Virus record (IMG/VR): IMGVR_UViG_3300005512_000058
Span: 1-47,790 of that record
Strand: one strand, 5' to 3'
Origin: a virus
Lineage: Duplodnaviria > Caudoviricetes
Length of the DNA: 47,790 nt
Below the pieces are notes generated by a model. It searched no databases. It saw nothing but the letters and a program-made list of their open reading frames with translations, and was not told the DNA's origin. Of this stretch, positions 44,612 through 47,790 are shown piece by piece; position 1 is the stretch's first letter; every line of letters begins with the position of its first letter. Both the position numbers and the translations under genes were made by a program.

Positions 44612-45591
44612 TTGGGCTCTCCATAGGAACGGAGTGACCAGCTAGGCCGGCCCTCCTTGGTGTACTCGTCTGCGATCTCCGGGTGGTCGGCCCGGAGCCG
44701 CTTGGCGTCGATGCTCCTGCGTCCGGCCACGTCCACGCGCTGGACCCGGCTCCCGTCGCCCATGAGCAGGCGGCGGTGGTCGCCCATGCGCTCGTCGATG
44801 AGGTGCTGGAGGCGCTTGGCCTCGGTCTGGTCGGCCTTGATGGCGGCCTTGCGGCGGCGCCACTCCTCCACCATGCCGGCCTCGGCCTTGTCGGCCTCCC
44901 GCGCGTCCTCGGTGGGCCTGCGGTCGAGGAGGTAGCGCCCGGCAGCCGCGCTCCCGTCCATCGGCGGAGGCTCCTCGCCCACCAGGTGCCGCTCTCGCCA
45001 CTCGCTCACGCGCTCCAGCAGGCGGCGCTGGGCGTCCTCGTCGCGGTGGAGGCGGTAGATGATGAGGTCGTGCCCGACCAGCGCCACGAGGTCCCACCAG
45101 GGCAGGCCCGTGCACTCCAGGTACCAGTAACACTGGATCGCGTACTGCCTCGGGAAGAGGCCCTCGTGGTAGTCGGCCACGCTGGCGATCTCGCCGCCGG
45201 TCTTGTCCCACTGGTCGTAGCGGGCGCTGATCTTCGCCTCGATCCCGAACTCGGGAGCCTCCAGCGAGGGGGCGATGGCATCAGGTGAGGCTACGGCCCA
45301 CGGGTGCTCGGGATGGACGATGAGCAGGTCGTCGCAGTGCTCGTAGGCGTGGCCCGTCTCGTCCTCGTAGGTCGCGAGCACAATGGGCTCCATCCTGTGG
45401 CCGAGGGCGAAGCGGCGCAGAGTCGCGTCGTCGTGGTCCTCGACGTGGCCGAGGATGCGCTGTCCGTACTCGTCCCAGGCGGATCGCCACTTGTTGACGC
45501 CGAGGACGGCTGCGGCGCTGGTGCCGCCGATGCGGTGGTCTGCGCGGCGGGCCTCGAGCCAGCCGGCGCGGTCGTAGCGTTCGATGATCAT
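44608..45591 (-). CDS. YqaJ-like viral recombination exonuclease
   Basis: WL.AR...IGGT.AAAVLG...W, GH.MEP, ASPDA, IEAK and Y.IQC.WY motifs. Confidence 0.92.
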   Translation of the reverse strand: MIIERYDRAGWLEARRADHRIGGTSAAAVLGVNKWRSAWDEYGQRILGHVEDHDDATLRRFALGHRMEPIVLATYEDETGHAYEHCDDLLIVHPEHPWAVASPDAIAPSLEAPEFGIEAKISARYDQWDKTGGEIASVADYHEGLFPRQYAIQCYWYLECTGLPWWDLVALVGHDLIIYRLHRDEDAQRRLLERVSEWRERHLVGEEPPPMDGSAAAGRYLLDRRPTEDAREADKAEAGMVEEWRRRKAAIKADQTEAKRLQHLIDERMGDHRRLLMGDGSRVQRVDVAGRRSIDAKRLRADHPEIADEYTKEGRPSWSLRSYGEPK

Positions 45592-45595
45592 GGGG

Positions 45596-45697
45596 TCACC
45601 AGGGGGTCGAGAGGTAGAGGTAGAGGATGCCGCCGACGATGCCGCCCCAGGCGCCGCAGATGCACCACGAAAGCGCCTCGCGCTGGAGGGGGGTCAC
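45596..45697 (-). CDS. Small membrane peptide (33 aa)
   Basis: GTGA coupling; WCICGAWGGIVGGILYLYL hydrophobic segment. Confidence 0.5.
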   Translation of the reverse strand: MTPLQREALSWCICGAWGGIVGGILYLYLSTPW

Positions 45698-46107
45698 AAC
45701 TCCACCCCATGCTCGAGCAGGTCGGCCTGGATGTCGTCCAGTCGTCGCTCGGCGTAGGTCAGCGCGTCGTCACGCTCGACGAGGGCGCGCGCCAAGGCTC
45801 CGTAGATGGAGCCCAGCGCGCCGAAGGCCGCCTGCGCGAGGGCCTCCAGAGCATCGCCGTGCTCCAGAATGTACCGCTCCACGATGGCGCGACCCTCCGA
45901 CGTGGTGGCGCAGTGGCCCTGGAGCAGGGTGGTCGAGTCGTAGGTGCACAGAGAGTAAAAGCACCCGCCGCCCTTGCTCACGACGGCACTGCCAGACAGG
46001 CGCATCCGGCCAGAGCCTGGTGCAACCTCGACCCTTGCCTCGGCGCTGTCCGGGGCGTCCCGCTTGAGGTAGCTGTCGCCATTCTCGTAGATGACCCAGA
46101 CCATCAT
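45694..46107 (-). CDS. Hypothetical protein
   Basis: GAGGAGG RBS. Confidence 0.6.
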   Translation of the reverse strand: MMVWVIYENGDSYLKRDAPDSAEARVEVAPGSGRMRLSGSAVVSKGGGCFYSLCTYDSTTLLQGHCATTSEGRAIVERYILEHGDALEALAQAAFGALGSIYGALARALVERDDALTYAERRLDDIQADLLEHGVEL

Positions 46108-46117
46108 GCCTCCTCGG

Positions 46118-46435
46118 TCATCGACTGCGCGATGACGATGCGTGCCGCGCGCCGAAACTGCGCCGCGAGTGGGTGAGTGAGGCCGTCCGGTGCGCCTCGG
46201 ACAGCGCCATGTGCCCCCAGGTGAGAACCGACACGAGGTCGGGGTCGTCGTCGAGCCCGTCCTCCATGCGTCGGCGCTGGATGTGCTGGATGGCGTCCAG
46301 GCGCAGGCCGGCCTGGGTCAACCGGCCGCGCTCGATGGCTCCGACGAGGCTGTTGGCGAGCTCGGTGGCGTCGCGCAGGTCGGAGCGCTGACGACAGCGG
46401 GAGACGGCCTCGTACAGGCGGTCAGCGGCGCTCAT
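46118..46435 (-). CDS. Hypothetical protein
   Basis: ATGA coupling with the upstream gene. Confidence 0.55.
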   Translation of the reverse strand: MSAADRLYEAVSRCRQRSDLRDATELANSLVGAIERGRLTQAGLRLDAIQHIQRRRMEDGLDDDPDLVSVLTWGHMALSEAHRTASLTHSRRSFGARHASSSRSR

Positions 46436-46743
46436 GCTGCCACCCCGCCGAACAGCGGCCCGGGGGCCACGACGGAGGGGGCAAGCGCGGCCGGGGGCTT
46501 CTCCTCGCCGGCGGCCCTGAGGAAGGCCTGCACCTCGGGGATGTACCCGAAGCGCTCGACCTCGCGGAGAGCGTCCTCGGCGAGGATCCGGTTGCGGCGC
46601 GCGGGCGGTTCGTAGGTCCAGAAGACGTAGTCACCGGCCCGGTTGGCGGCCTCGACGAGCGCCTGGTGGCGGTCGGAGCCGGGGGTGTGGCCCTGGGTGG
46701 CTTCGTCGATGGCGAGGATGAGATCGTCGAGGTGTGGGTGCAT
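46432..46743 (-). CDS. Hypothetical protein, first gene of the leftward arm
   Basis: GGAGG RBS. Confidence 0.65.
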   Translation of the reverse strand: MHPHLDDLILAIDEATQGHTPGSDRHQALVEAANRAGDYVFWTYEPPARRNRILAEDALREVERFGYIPEVQAFLRAAGEEKPPAALAPSVVAPGPLFGGVAA

Positions 46744-46763
46744 TATGGCCTCCAGTCATAGGG

Positions 46764-46792
46764 TGACTATGAAGGTTCGTGATGCACGTCAA
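46764..46792 (-). promoter_or_regulatory. Putative leftward early promoter
   Basis: TTGACG, 17 nt, TAGTCA; overlaps the palindrome TCATAG-N5-CTATGA. Confidence 0.5.
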
Positions 46793-46931
46793 ACACCTCG
46801 TGAATATTTTTTGGGGCGCCCGCTGCAGACCTGGGCTATTTCGAGATCCATGGCCGGCCGGCTCGATGCGGTCAGATTCTGACCTCTCCGGCGGCTACCG
46901 GTGGCGTCTAGTTGTGTAGCGACTAACTCAG

Positions 46932-46960
46932 TTGCGCTCCGGGATGACCATGGATAGTCA
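46932..46960 (+). promoter_or_regulatory. Putative rightward early promoter
   Basis: TTGCGC, 17 nt, TAGTCA; overlaps the palindrome GATGAC-N8-GTCATC. Confidence 0.5.
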
Positions 46961-46979
46961 TCTGGTGAATGGAGTGAAG

Positions 46980-47231
46980 ATGGACTACCGGTCATGGATG
47001 GCCGCCCGCACCGAAGGACGATTCACGCAGCAGGCCCTGGTCGACCTGCTGCACGGCGCTGGAGTCCGGACGAGCCAGTCTCAGGTCAGCTCCTGGATCC
47101 GTGGGGTCACCATCCCGCGCCCGTACAAGGCCAGCGCCCTCCACCGCTTGCTCGCCGAGGACGAGGTGGATCTGGCTTTGGTCCGGCGCCTGTATGCCGA
47201 GGCCGACCGAGCCAGGGCGGAGGCAGCATGA
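46980..47231 (+). CDS. Cro-like XRE HTH regulator
   Basis: FTQQALVDLL..GVRTSQSQVSSWIRG.TIP; first gene of the rightward arm. Confidence 0.8.
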   Translation: MDYRSWMAARTEGRFTQQALVDLLHGAGVRTSQSQVSSWIRGVTIPRPYKASALHRLLAEDEVDLALVRRLYAEADRARAEAA

Positions 47232-47491
47232 GGACCCCGCGCCGCATTCGCCGCGATGGCGAGCAGGTCGCCCACCTCGCCCTGACCATCGACCTCCCCG
47301 GCTACGGTCGGGCCTGGTCGACCGGATGCCACCTCGTGTGGCCCATGGACAGCCGCGTGAAGGACGCCGGCCTGGCCCACGCGCTGTGTCCGGCGTGCGC
47401 CGAGTACCAGCGGCGAGCCTACGCCTACGCCGACGCCGTGTCGGTGGTTGAGCAGCCCGAGACACCGGCGGACCTGCGGAGGGGACAGTGA
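47228..47491 (+). CDS. Hypothetical protein with CPAC motif
   Basis: GGAGG RBS and coupling at both ends. Confidence 0.6.
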   Translation: MRTPRRIRRDGEQVAHLALTIDLPGYGRAWSTGCHLVWPMDSRVKDAGLAHALCPACAEYQRRAYAYADAVSVVEQPETPADLRRGQ

Positions 47492-47790
47492 GGCGCCCTG
47501 CGCTCTTCGCCGAGCTCTGCTGCGGGTCCGCCGCGGTGACCCTCCGCCTCCTCGGCGGGCCCCATGCCAAGCCCCCCATAAGTTACATGGGATCAAAGAG
47601 GGGCTACGCCCACGCCATCCTCGAAGTGCTCGGCCTCCGCTCCGGCATCGGCGCTGACGCCGTGCTGCTGTGCGACCCTGGCCCCTGGTCCCGCGTGTGG
47701 TCCGTGCTGACCCGCCCCGAGGGCTGCCGTGCTGTCGCCGACATCATCCGTAGGTGGAGTGACGAGGAGCCCCGCGCCCTGTGGGAGCGG
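47488..47790 (+). CDS. Dam/D12-class DNA adenine methyltransferase-like protein, N-terminal part (continues across the junction into 1..1320)
   Basis: GTG at 47488 overlaps the upstream TGA. It translates MRRPALFAELCCGSAAVT (motif I-like) and KPPISYMGSKRGY (motif X-like), in frame with 1..1320. Confidence 0.75.
   Translation, partial: MRRPALFAELCCGSAAVTLRLLGGPHAKPPISYMGSKRGYAHAILEVLGLRSGIGADAVLLCDPGPWSRVWSVLTRPEGCRAVADIIRRWSDEEPRALWER
47668..47790. repeat. Terminal direct repeat, right copy
   Basis: Identical to bases 1-123. Confidence 0.95.

Overview
This window is an apparently complete, circularly assembled, GC-rich (roughly 70% by eye) dsDNA tailed-phage genome of about 47,667 bp; bases 47668-47790 repeat bases 1-123. 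It is a myovirus with a contractile tail. The rightward arm runs from a Cro-like HTH gene through a Dam-like methyltransferase that spans the junction, a replication initiator with iterons, DnaB, RuvC, a metallophosphoesterase and a Q-like regulator. It continues with a late promoter, TerS/TerL, portal, MuF-like protein, scaffold, capsid, tRNA-Thr, neck, sheath, tube, a frameshifted chaperone, tape measure, baseplate, fibres, amidase, SGNH esterase and holin-like genes. The leftward arm carries a YqaJ exonuclease, RecT, a Rad50/SbcC-like ATPase, a DnaQ-like exonuclease, wHTH proteins, an ASCH-like protein, an HD hydrolase and many small genes. I recognised no integrase, CI-type repressor or partition genes. 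The most striking observation is a NUMOD4-HNH homing endonuclease with its own promoter and RBS nested antisense inside the methyltransferase gene. The methyltransferase frame stays open through it to an atypically coded DPPY motif, with no obvious intron or intein signature. Other highlights are a 220-nt hairpin- and GATC-rich element at the start of the last late gene, phased palindromic repeats where the two arms converge, several structured intergenic RNAs in the head operon, and an internally deleted mini-methyltransferase. All functional calls come from motif recognition and synteny by eye; no database searches were run.
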